DNA of 51,148 nucleotides from a virus (Duplodnaviria > Caudoviricetes): IMG/VR virus record IMGVR_UViG_3300017774_004509, positions 1-51,148 of that record; one strand, written 5' to 3'. Both the position numbers and the translations under genes were made by a program. Below the pieces are notes generated by a model, which did not search any database, was not told the origin of the DNA, and saw nothing but the letters and a program-made list of their open reading frames with translations. Every line of letters starts with the position of its first letter. The stretch's first letter is position 1. Positions 1 through 6,716 of this stretch are shown here, piece by piece.

Positions 1-1
1 T

Positions 2-184
2 AGATGGTTTAGAGAGAAGTATCAAATTGATAGTTGGATATATCCAAATTTGAATGGTTTATATTCGGTATCTAATGTAAGAAGAGGTGTAGGGTTAGGT
101 AAAGTTTCCGAATATCAAACCTATGAAGAAGCAGAACTTGCTTGTCTTAACAAACTAATTGAAATTGTAAAACAAAAGGTATGA
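2..184 (+). CDS. partial (3' end) hypothetical phage protein, ...RWFREKY...TYEEAELACLNKLIEIVKQKV*
   Basis: Open frame from the window start to TGA at 182-184, overlapping the next ATG (ATGA coupling). Confidence 0.7.
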   Translation, partial: RWFREKYQIDSWIYPNLNGLYSVSNVRRGVGLGKVSEYQTYEEAELACLNKLIEIVKQKV

Positions 185-384
185 CACAAGAAACACCTGC
201 AGCCAGATACATAATCATTGAAGAGAGTTTCTCCGGACATTGCTGCTTTGAGTATTCGATAATTGATACATCAATAAGTGTAGATGCCGATCCGTATCGA
301 AAAAGATGTATGTGTGAAACGTTTGATAAAGATAATGCTGAAACTATTTGTAATGCACTTAATGCACAATTTAAAAAGAAGTAA
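181..384 (+). CDS. small hypothetical phage protein (Cys-containing)
   Basis: ORF coupled to the upstream stop; ends QFKKK within the 25-bp junction repeat. Confidence 0.7.
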   Translation: MTQETPAARYIIIEESFSGHCCFEYSIIDTSISVDADPYRKRCMCETFDKDNAETICNALNAQFKKK

Positions 385-501
385 TATGAATAAATATGAC
401 ACTCAACAACATATAATAGTATGGATAATGATACTAATACCTTTATTATGTTTGTTTTTATGTGATTAAGGTTTGAACAATTTAAAAAGAAGTAATATGA
501 A
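366..501 (+). repeat. 25-bp exact direct repeat ACAATTTAAAAAGAAGTAATATGAA at 366-390 and 477-501
   Basis: Read directly from the sequence; each copy holds a stop codon followed by the next start codon. Confidence 0.9.
386..469 (+). CDS. 27-aa single-TM micro-protein MNKYDTQQHIIVWIMILIPLLCLFLCD
   Basis: ATG inside repeat copy 1; hydrophobic stretch; fills the gap between the repeats. Confidence 0.45.
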   Translation: MNKYDTQQHIIVWIMILIPLLCLFLCD

Positions 502-709
502 AAAGCAGACAGCAGTAGAATGGTTTCAAGACCAAATAATTAAGATTGTTAATGGCACATGTGAATTATCAGAAATTCAAATTTTTGAACAAGCTAAAGC
601 AATGGAAAAGGAGCAAATAACACAAGCTGTCTACGATAGTATGGGAACTAACTTCGATCCTAACATGGGTAGAGCTGAACAATATTATAATCACGTATAT
701 GGAAAATAA
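497..709 (+). CDS. small hypothetical protein (MKKQTAVEW...EQAKAMEKEQI type)
   Basis: ATG at 497 in repeat copy 2 preferred over the TTG at 473; C-terminal half paralogous to the next ORF. Confidence 0.7.
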   Translation: MKKQTAVEWFQDQIIKIVNGTCELSEIQIFEQAKAMEKEQITQAVYDSMGTNFDPNMGRAEQYYNHVYGK

Positions 710-929
710 AACCACATTACAACAGTTCATTGAGTGGGGCGATAAAATGTTAAAAGAACACCCAATGAAAATACTATCCTTTGCAGAAGCAATCGATAAA
801 GCAGTGGAGTTGTTGGATGCTGAAAAACAACAAATAGAAGATGCTTATGTTATGGGAAGCTATGATACGACGTACCAACAATTTAAGCCCGATCAATATT
901 TTACTGAAACTTATGAGAACACCAAGTAA
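699..929 (+). CDS. small hypothetical protein, paralog of 497-709
   Basis: Shares EKQQIxxAy...QYf/yxxxY pattern with 497-709; overlapping start. Confidence 0.7.
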   Translation: MENKTTLQQFIEWGDKMLKEHPMKILSFAEAIDKAVELLDAEKQQIEDAYVMGSYDTTYQQFKPDQYFTETYENTK

Positions 930-1035
930 ACATGTAGCACTAGACCTATTTATAATAGGTTTTGCACTAACACTATCAATAGCAACTTGCAACAAAGTAA
1001 AACCAGAGAAAGGTCAAAAGATGTATAAGATATAG
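913..1035 (+). CDS. 40-aa membrane or possible lipoprotein
   Basis: MRTPSKHVALDLFIIGFALTLSIATC: hydrophobic segment ending in Cys. Confidence 0.4.
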   Translation: MRTPSKHVALDLFIIGFALTLSIATCNKVKPEKGQKMYKI

Positions 1036-1036
1036 T

Positions 1037-1186
1037 ATGGACGAACAACCGCTTGAAGAAAAATTAGATCCGGTCAAAAACACTGATATCGGAGATGACT
1101 CAATAGAAAGTACTACATCCTCACTTGAAGTAACGTGTAGTTTTGAGTACTTCCATTTGAGTTTTTGGAAAAATCTAAGTGCTTGA
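1037..1186 (+). CDS. possible 49-aa acidic hypothetical protein
   Basis: ATG right after the previous stop; open to TGA at 1184-1186; no motif. Confidence 0.3.
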   Translation: MDEQPLEEKLDPVKNTDIGDDSIESTTSSLEVTCSFEYFHLSFWKNLSA

Positions 1187-1194
1187 TTATCAGT

Positions 1195-1246
1195 AAAAAA
1201 GAATCGGGTCAAAATTTGGAGATATGGAGCAAATGTACTATCTTTA
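1195..1246 (+). promoter_or_regulatory. putative early promoter, Bacteroidota-like: TTTG(1215-1218)-N20-TATCTTTA(1239-1246)
   Basis: Close to the Bacteroidota primary-sigma consensus TTTG-N19-21-TANNTTTG; upstream part imperfectly repeated at 1485-1516. Confidence 0.6.
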
Positions 1247-1273
1247 TATCAATAACAATTAAATATCTGCTCT

Positions 1274-1486
1274 ATGCTAAACTTAACCGCAAAACAAAAA
1301 GAGAGTGTACTTGAGTACACTATTAGTATCGGCTTTGGCTTTTTTCTCATATTCCACACAAGATTTAATGAAGTTGGTATTCCCTGGTTTATTGCCTTGT
1401 GTATCTTCAATGTGTTGATTCAATTATACAAATACACTATACGGTTACTGGATAAGGAGAAGGTACTTGAGGAAGAAGATGACTAA
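1274..1486 (+). CDS. small 2-TM membrane protein
   Basis: Two hydrophobic segments and an acidic C-terminal tail. Confidence 0.65.
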   Translation: MLNLTAKQKESVLEYTISIGFGFFLIFHTRFNEVGIPWFIALCIFNVLIQLYKYTIRLLDKEKVLEEEDD

Positions 1487-1537
1487 AAAAAGATCTCGTC
1501 AAATATTTGGAAATATAAAAAGAATTTCGTATTATTA
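1485..1537 (+). promoter_or_regulatory. putative early promoter: TTTG(1506-1509)-N20-TATTATTA(1530-1537)
   Basis: Shares GTCAAA..ATTTGGARATAT with 1195-1225; same 20-nt spacer. Confidence 0.55.
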
Positions 1538-1565
1538 ATTAATAATAACAAACAAATCAATCCAT

Positions 1566-1736
1566 ATGAAAAATTTAGCATTTTTAATTCTAGCAAGTTT
1601 ATTTTTTATGTCATGCGGTGGTTCAACTGATAGCGCTAATAGTGCGTCTGATTCAACAATGGTAGCCGATTCTTGCGCAAACAAAGCTGATTCAGCTTGT
1701 GTCGACACATCACGTGTTGGTAATGCGAAGAAGTAA
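1566..1736 (+). CDS. 56-aa lipoprotein rich in D-(S/T)-x motifs (below ORF-track cutoff)
   Basis: MKNLAFLILASLFFMSC-GGSTDSANSASDSTMVADSCANKADSACVDTSRVGNAKK; SPII-type signal peptide with lipobox FMSC. Confidence 0.8.
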   Translation: MKNLAFLILASLFFMSCGGSTDSANSASDSTMVADSCANKADSACVDTSRVGNAKK

Positions 1737-1739
1737 GAG

Positions 1740-1810
1740 TACAGCTTAGGACCGCTGTAGTTATGGATCCGGAGAAAAGTGTCGCTACCCTACTCCGGAT
1801 TCGCTTTTTC
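1740..1810 (+). ncRNA. two-hairpin structured RNA element or large-loop terminator
   Basis: Stem TACAGC/GCTGTA (1740-1759) and 10-bp stem GGATCCGGAG/CTCCGGATTC (1765-1802), followed by GCTTTTT. Confidence 0.5.
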
Positions 1811-1814
1811 CCAC

Positions 1815-1822
1815 TATTTATA
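1815..1822 (+). promoter_or_regulatory. late-type motif TATTTATA, 6 nt before ATG 1829
   Basis: Same octamer recurs upstream of many gene starts in this window. Confidence 0.65.
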
Positions 1823-1828
1823 AGGGAT

Positions 1829-2149
1829 ATGATTAGTATACTACAATTATTAAATGAAGCAAAGGAATCACTAGAAGAATTTGCTGCTGCTCGTAAAAAG
1901 GGTGCTGAAAAGATTTCTGATAATGCTAAAGAAAAGGGTGGATTAGCTCTATTAACTTGGCATCACTTTAAGGTTAAGTTACCTTACTACAAAAAAGCAC
2001 AAGAAGGTAAGTTAGACCTAGATAAGGCTAAGAAAGAGTATGAGGAGACTTACAATAAAATATCGTTAAATATGTCTCAAATTGAGTTTCAGCGAGAGGT
2101 TGGAAGACTTGAAGTTTTAGGTGAATTACTTATAAGAAACAAGAAATGA
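1829..2149 (+). CDS. small protein with N-terminal LxxLLNE leader (putative head-internal protein)
   Basis: Start reassigned to ATG 1829 (MISILQLLNE) because the upstream extension runs through the hairpins. Confidence 0.7.
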   Translation: MISILQLLNEAKESLEEFAAARKKGAEKISDNAKEKGGLALLTWHHFKVKLPYYKKAQEGKLDLDKAKKEYEETYNKISLNMSQIEFQREVGRLEVLGELLIRNKK

Positions 2150-2409
2150 TAAAGCTGGTAGATGTCCTAAATGAAATTAAATGTTGGAGTGGTTATACAC
2201 AAGGTACTCCTAAAACTAAAATTTCTTCTAGAACAGGCAAGCGAATAAATAATTGTGTTCCTATTGAGGAATTAGTAACAGATACAAAGGTTATTTGTGA
2301 TAAGTGTGGATGGAAGTGGGATATTGCAGATGGCGGAGATGATTTATATGTGTGTCACAATATACTACCATCAGGCCGTATGTGTAACCATGATAACAAT
2401 CCAAAATAA
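2146..2409 (+). CDS. small protein: MIKLVDVLNE leader + CWxGY...NCVP module + CxxC/CH...C zinc-finger-like module
   Basis: Cys pattern seen in the translation; ATGA overlap with the upstream gene. Confidence 0.7.
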   Translation: MIKLVDVLNEIKCWSGYTQGTPKTKISSRTGKRINNCVPIEELVTDTKVICDKCGWKWDIADGGDDLYVCHNILPSGRMCNHDNNPK

Positions 2410-2430
2410 AAAATGGGGCAAAACTAAGTG

Positions 2431-2697
2431 ATGATAAAGCTTACAGATATACTAAAAGAGATTGAATATCCACAAGATCCAAATAGAACTCTTTATAAGA
2501 TTTATTACATTGATGGCACTCATAGTTATGCTATGATGACTCCCGAAGAGTACGCAAAACAACCACTTACAAAGGTGTCTAGACGTGATGATTTGACTGG
2601 ATTTCCTTTCCCTGAATTAGAGGCACTTGACTCAATCAATACCGTATACCAAAAATCAAGAACACTAAGTCTTGATGTCGATTATAGAAAACCTTAG
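2431..2697 (+). CDS. small protein with MIKLTDILKE leader
   Basis: Leader like 2146; core LYKIYYIDGTHSYAMMTPEEYA resembles LYRIRYNDNEHEFVELTKDEYA in the next ORF. Confidence 0.7.
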   Translation: MIKLTDILKEIEYPQDPNRTLYKIYYIDGTHSYAMMTPEEYAKQPLTKVSRRDDLTGFPFPELEALDSINTVYQKSRTLSLDVDYRKP

Positions 2698-2710
2698 CAT
2701 ATTTATATAT

Positions 2711-3151
2711 ATGGAAAATAGCGAACTTAGAGACATCGTAAGAGATGTTTTATCGGAAGCCTTAGAAACAAAAAAACTTACACCGGCACCAGATCCAAAA
2801 CACAAAATCAAAGAAAAACCTTATGATCATTATAAGGTATCAACAGATGAAAATAAAGCAGTTAAGAAGCTTTATCGCATCCGTTATAACGACAATGAGC
2901 ATGAGTTTGTGGAGCTTACAAAAGACGAGTATGCTGAGCTAGAAAGAGTTGCTCCAGCTGGATTTATGAAGGGTATTGTTATTGCTGATGAGAAGCCGCA
3001 AGGTGCAAAATCAACAACTTTAGCTAAGCTTAAAAAGAAAGTTGAAGATATGCAATCAGGCCCAACAGTACCTCGTAGAACACCAGAGGAAATGCGTCTA
3101 AAAGAGGCTATAAAAAAATACGTACGTAAAGTATTAAACGAATACAAATAA
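2711..3151 (+). CDS. hypothetical protein with LRDIVRDVLSE leader and C-terminal IKKYVRKVLNE
   Basis: Start reassigned to ATG 2711, 3 nt after TATTTATA (2700-2707). Confidence 0.7.
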   Translation: MENSELRDIVRDVLSEALETKKLTPAPDPKHKIKEKPYDHYKVSTDENKAVKKLYRIRYNDNEHEFVELTKDEYAELERVAPAGFMKGIVIADEKPQGAKSTTLAKLKKKVEDMQSGPTVPRRTPEEMRLKEAIKKYVRKVLNEYK

Positions 3152-3153
3152 GC

Positions 3154-3300
3154 ATGGCTAAAAAAGTTACAATTGAAGTAGATGATAATCCGGAAGAACC
3201 AACTCTTCCATCATCTTCGGATATAATCGAAGAAGCTATCACACCTCCGGTTGAACAAGAAGAAAATCCTTGTCCACCATATAGAAGAGGAAAAACATAG
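3154..3300 (+). CDS. 48-aa acidic, Pro-rich protein
   Basis: MAKKVTIEVDDNPEEPTLP...CPPYRRGKT*; starts 2 nt after the previous stop. Confidence 0.55.
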   Translation: MAKKVTIEVDDNPEEPTLPSSSDIIEEAITPPVEQEENPCPPYRRGKT

Positions 3301-3322
3301 TGTTCTAAACAACTCTGATTAT

Positions 3323-3356
3323 AAGGCAATTAGTTTATTAAACTGTTGCCTTTTTC
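3323..3356 (+). terminator. probable intrinsic terminator
   Basis: AAGGCAA-TT-AGTTT/AAACT-G-TTGCCTT stem followed by a T run. Confidence 0.6.
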
Positions 3357-3376
3357 TATTTTTAGGCGTATTTTAT
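3341..3376 (+). promoter_or_regulatory. AACTGTTG-N20-TATTTTAT putative promoter
   Basis: AACTGTTG recurs exactly at five gene junctions. Confidence 0.55.
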
Positions 3377-3385
3377 ACAAGTTGA

Positions 3386-4759
3386 ATGTTAAGACTAATT
3401 ACTGCACTTTTACTACTTTTATTTGGTAATGAACTATATTGCCAACTAGAGTCCAATAACTGGTACTTTGGGAATTTTGCTGGTATGACGTTCAGTAGTG
3501 GTAGCCCTGTTGCATTAACAAACGGTGCATTAATTACAACCGAAGGTGTAGCTACAATCTCCGATGGTGCAGGTAATTTATTGTTTTACACAGACGGTGT
3601 TACGGTCTATAATCGGAATCACGTTACTATGACTAATGGTACTGGATTGTTTGGCGATGCCTCCTCTACTCAATCCGCTATTATCGTAAAGCAACCTGGT
3701 AATACTAACATATATTATATATTTACATCTGATAATGATGCTGGACCTAATGGTATTTGTTATTCTGTAGTGAACATGGCTTTAAGTGGCGGATTAGGAG
3801 CAGTTACCACTAAAAATACGCCATTATACACTCCATCTTGTGAAAAATTATGCGCTGTAAGACATTGTAATAATACTGATTTATGGATTATATCGCATGA
3901 TTGGAATACAAACACGTTTAGAGTTTGGAGTGTTACTGCAGCTGGTGTTGGTGGGATCCAAGCTTGGTCATTGGCAGGTATTACACCTAGTGGCATTACA
4001 CAATCCTCATATGGTCAACTTAAAGCAAGTTCAGACGGTAAAAAGCTAGCAGCTTGCTATTATGGTTTAACTACAGGAGGTGCTAATACACTACAAATAT
4101 ATGATTTTAACCCATCCACTGGTTTTGTAACAAACGCTCAAACATTAGCAACCGATCAAGGTTTATACGGTGTAGAATTCTCACCTAATAACAAAGTTTT
4201 ATATGCTGGAACAAATGGTGGATTGTTATTACAATTTAATTTATGTGCTGCAAATATACCTGCAAGTAGGTATGTAGTTTCTAATGCTGGACCTTTTATT
4301 GGTTGTCTGCAGATTGGCCCTGATAGTAAGATTTATGTAGCTAGAAATAATACAAGTTTGTCTGTTATTAATAATCCTAATGCATTGGGTATAGGTTGTA
4401 GTTATTCTAACTTATCTATTCCGTTAGCTGGTAGATCAAGTAGGATGGGATTACCAAATTTTGCGTCCTACTATAATACACCAATAGCAATAATCAACCA
4501 AAATCAACTTACCTGCAATACTTTTCAATTCAACACACCGAACATTACACAGCTATGTAATCCAATTAGTTATACTTACAATTGGAACTTTGGTGATGGG
4601 ACACAATCAAGTTTGCAAAATCCACAACATACTTATAATTCTAGTGGCAACTACACAATAACACTTACCGTTAATACTGGTTGTGTTCCTATAATTGGAA
4701 CTACAAATATTAATACAAATAACAGCTTTATTTTCAATACATCTATAAATCTAAACTAA
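3386..4759 (+). CDS. secreted beta-propeller + PKD domain protein, Bacteroidota T9SS-cargo-like
   Basis: Signal peptide; NWYFG..AG..F...LLFYTDG..V.N..H..M.NG.GL.G..SSTQSAIIV N-terminus typical of Bacteroidota surface proteins; PKD motif WNFGDG..S.LQNPQHTY..SGNYTITLTV. Confidence 0.8.
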   Translation: MLRLITALLLLLFGNELYCQLESNNWYFGNFAGMTFSSGSPVALTNGALITTEGVATISDGAGNLLFYTDGVTVYNRNHVTMTNGTGLFGDASSTQSAIIVKQPGNTNIYYIFTSDNDAGPNGICYSVVNMALSGGLGAVTTKNTPLYTPSCEKLCAVRHCNNTDLWIISHDWNTNTFRVWSVTAAGVGGIQAWSLAGITPSGITQSSYGQLKASSDGKKLAACYYGLTTGGANTLQIYDFNPSTGFVTNAQTLATDQGLYGVEFSPNNKVLYAGTNGGLLLQFNLCAANIPASRYVVSNAGPFIGCLQIGPDSKIYVARNNTSLSVINNPNALGIGCSYSNLSIPLAGRSSRMGLPNFASYYNTPIAIINQNQLTCNTFQFNTPNITQLCNPISYTYNWNFGDGTQSSLQNPQHTYNSSGNYTITLTVNTGCVPIIGTTNINTNNSFIFNTSINLN

Positions 4760-4779
4760 TTATAAGAAAGGAGTTTATT

Positions 4780-5322
4780 ATGAGAAAGCTTTTGATTCTA
4801 TTAATTATAACACTATCATCATTGATGGGTTATAGTCAAGTTTGTTCAGTGAACAAATGCATTAACCAACCTGCATCCGCACAAGTAACAATACCTCAAC
4901 CAGGTTATGTTTATAACTGGTCAATTGTACCTGCACTAGCATTTGCTGGCCAAGGTACACCCTTAATTAACATAGCTTCCGTAGGAAATACTATTCAAGC
5001 TTATGTTGTAACTTGTGTTGTTACTGCTGCTAACGGATGTGATACTACAATCACTTGTACACTCAATGTAATAAACTCAACTGCGCAACTAAACCTACCA
5101 TCAATATGTAGAGATAATGGTCTAGTGGATCTTACGCTTTATGCTAATCCACCAGGTGGTACTTTTATAGGTAATGGTGTGGTTGGTAACACGTTTAATC
5201 CATCGGTTGGTACTACAAATATCACGTACAACGTAGTTGGTGGTAATGGATGTAGTGCAACCACAAATGGAGTAATTACAGTAGAACCTACACCTCAACC
5301 AGGTGTAATACAAATAAATTAA
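4780..5322 (+). CDS. secreted protein with two Ig-like beta-sandwich repeats
   Basis: Signal peptide; YNWS..., NGCDT, PPGGTFIGNGVVGNTFNPSVG..ITYNV..NGCS repeats like Bacteroidota adhesin repeats. Confidence 0.7.
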   Translation: MRKLLILLIITLSSLMGYSQVCSVNKCINQPASAQVTIPQPGYVYNWSIVPALAFAGQGTPLINIASVGNTIQAYVVTCVVTAANGCDTTITCTLNVINSTAQLNLPSICRDNGLVDLTLYANPPGGTFIGNGVVGNTFNPSVGTTNITYNVVGGNGCSATTNGVITVEPTPQPGVIQIN

Positions 5323-5347
5323 CCCTTAGATAGGTTATAGCTTATGG

Positions 5348-5902
5348 GTGAAGATATTAAATACAATACTTGCATTTCTGATAGGCTTAGGATGTTTGAC
5401 TGCTCAAGACATTCCGGAAATAGAACTATGTGATTCGCCACGAAAAACAACATTAAGCGTAGCTAATTACGATCCAAATTACGAATATTACTGGGTATCC
5501 CTTGATAATTTATTCCAACCAACGTCTGGATCTGAGATTCAGTTGGATATATACCAGCCTGGTACGTACACAATTAGTTTAATCACACAAAATCTAGGTG
5601 GTAATTGTAGTGTAAAGACAATATACATATTTACTGTAACTTCTTGTAAAAACTGGGCATATTACGCAGCAAATGCCGTAGTACCTGATGGTTATTATAA
5701 TACTAGATGGTATCCTAAGACATGGAATGTAACTATCTTAGAATTAACCATTTGGAATCGTTGGGGTGAACTAGTGTATGATAAGCTAGAACCGTGGGAT
5801 CCAACATATGTGCAAGACGGAGTATATACAGCAAGAGTAACCTACCTTAGACCCCCTGGTATTGAAGAGGTAATTTTTCATAGGGTAACTGTTGTAAAAT
5901 AG
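5348..5902 (+). CDS. secreted protein with T9SS type B (gliding-motility-associated, CHU_C-like) C-terminal domain
   Basis: Signal peptide; C-terminus ANAVVPDG..N..W...IWNRWGELVY...WD...DGVY...VTVVK matches the PNxFTPNGDG.N...IxNRWGxxVF...WDG...GVY...VTLIR pattern. Confidence 0.75.
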   Translation: MKILNTILAFLIGLGCLTAQDIPEIELCDSPRKTTLSVANYDPNYEYYWVSLDNLFQPTSGSEIQLDIYQPGTYTISLITQNLGGNCSVKTIYIFTVTSCKNWAYYAANAVVPDGYYNTRWYPKTWNVTILELTIWNRWGELVYDKLEPWDPTYVQDGVYTARVTYLRPPGIEEVIFHRVTVVK

Positions 5903-5922
5903 AAAAATTGTTTGTACCTTTA
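5887..5922 (+). promoter_or_regulatory. AACTGTTG-N20-TACCTTTA putative promoter
   Basis: Same architecture as 3341, 6602 and 14039. Confidence 0.6.
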
Positions 5923-5944
5923 TAGTCAATCAATTTATATCATC

Positions 5945-6256
5945 ATGGCTCGTACAATCAAACTCCGTTATGAATTCAACACAGCTGCTGAGCTCGAAGT
6001 TGAATACAAACAAGACTGCTGGGCACGCGTTACACCGAATCACTTCAGATCATGGTTAGGCCCGCGTAGAATCAACTCACAACAATATGAGGGAACTATT
6101 TACTACGAAGGTACAAACTTCCCGTATACGCCGGGAAAAGATGAAAAAACACGTATTGTAAAGGTGGATGAACTTAACGATTTATCACTAATTAACAAGT
6201 ACAAAATCCGCACATTAGATACCGAGCCATATGTCGTTAAAGCAAATCGTTACTAA
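5945..6256 (+). CDS. hypothetical phage protein
   Basis: ATG at 5945 preferred (downstream of the promoter); WARVTPNHFRSW motif; function unknown. Confidence 0.7.
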   Translation: MARTIKLRYEFNTAAELEVEYKQDCWARVTPNHFRSWLGPRRINSQQYEGTIYYEGTNFPYTPGKDEKTRIVKVDELNDLSLINKYKIRTLDTEPYVVKANRY

Positions 6257-6599
6257 ACACCCAAAGATGTTACTAGTTGGTGCAATATTATTATATTTTA
6301 TAGCTCAAAGCCTTGCTTGGTTTCAGATAAATGGCCAGTTTGTAAGTCCTTGGTGTAAGGAACATCCGTTTTTATTATCCTTGATTGGAGTACCCATAAG
6401 TTACTTATTTATTGTAGCTACCGACTGGACTTTCCAAGCATTGACTGGCTCTGTCTGGCCTGGTCGATTGCTCACTTTTGCATGTGGTATTATTGTATTT
6501 ACCTTACTAACTTATTTATTATTGGGTGAAGGATTAACTTGGAAAACAACCATTAGTTTATTATTAACTCTTATTATTATTGCTCTTCAAGTTTTTTAA
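6231..6599 (+). CDS. 4-TM membrane protein, DMT/SMR (EamA-like) fold candidate
   Basis: Four hydrophobic helices; LLGEGLTWKT resembles the EamA-type LLGExxT signature. Confidence 0.55.
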   Translation: MSLKQIVTKHPKMLLVGAILLYFIAQSLAWFQINGQFVSPWCKEHPFLLSLIGVPISYLFIVATDWTFQALTGSVWPGRLLTFACGIIVFTLLTYLLLGEGLTWKTTISLLLTLIIIALQVF

Positions 6600-6601
6600 A
6601 A

Positions 6602-6637
6602 AACTGTTGACTTTTATTATTTTTATACTTATATTTA
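6602..6637 (+). promoter_or_regulatory. AACTGTTG-N20-TATATTTA putative promoter upstream of tmRNA
   Basis: Conserved octamer and 20-nt spacer. Confidence 0.6.
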
Positions 6638-6653
6638 AAATAGTTACAATTAC

Positions 6654-6713
6654 AAGGAAGCGGGTTTTTATGTATGGAGAGTTGTTATTAAAAAATAGCC
6701 CGCTTCCTTTTTT
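6654..6713 (+). other. 11-bp perfect inverted repeat with 34-nt loop and T-tract just before tmRNA
   Basis: AAGGAAGCGGG (6654-6664) / CCCGCTTCCTT (6699-6709), then TTTT. Confidence 0.75.
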
Positions 6714-6716
6714 ACT

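Noticed and set aside
1175-1194. CTAAGTGCTTGATTATCAGT as a recombinase/att-like site
   Set aside because: Single copy, and no integrase in the window.
1815-1822. TATTTATA read as antisense T4-type TATAAATA promoters
   Set aside because: Its position is tied to + strand start codons and there are no credible - strand genes.
1763-1828. N-terminal extensions of ORFs at 1763, 2672, 5912, 37827 and 49861
   Set aside because: They run through hairpins, promoters or upstream genes; downstream ATGs fit the motifs better.
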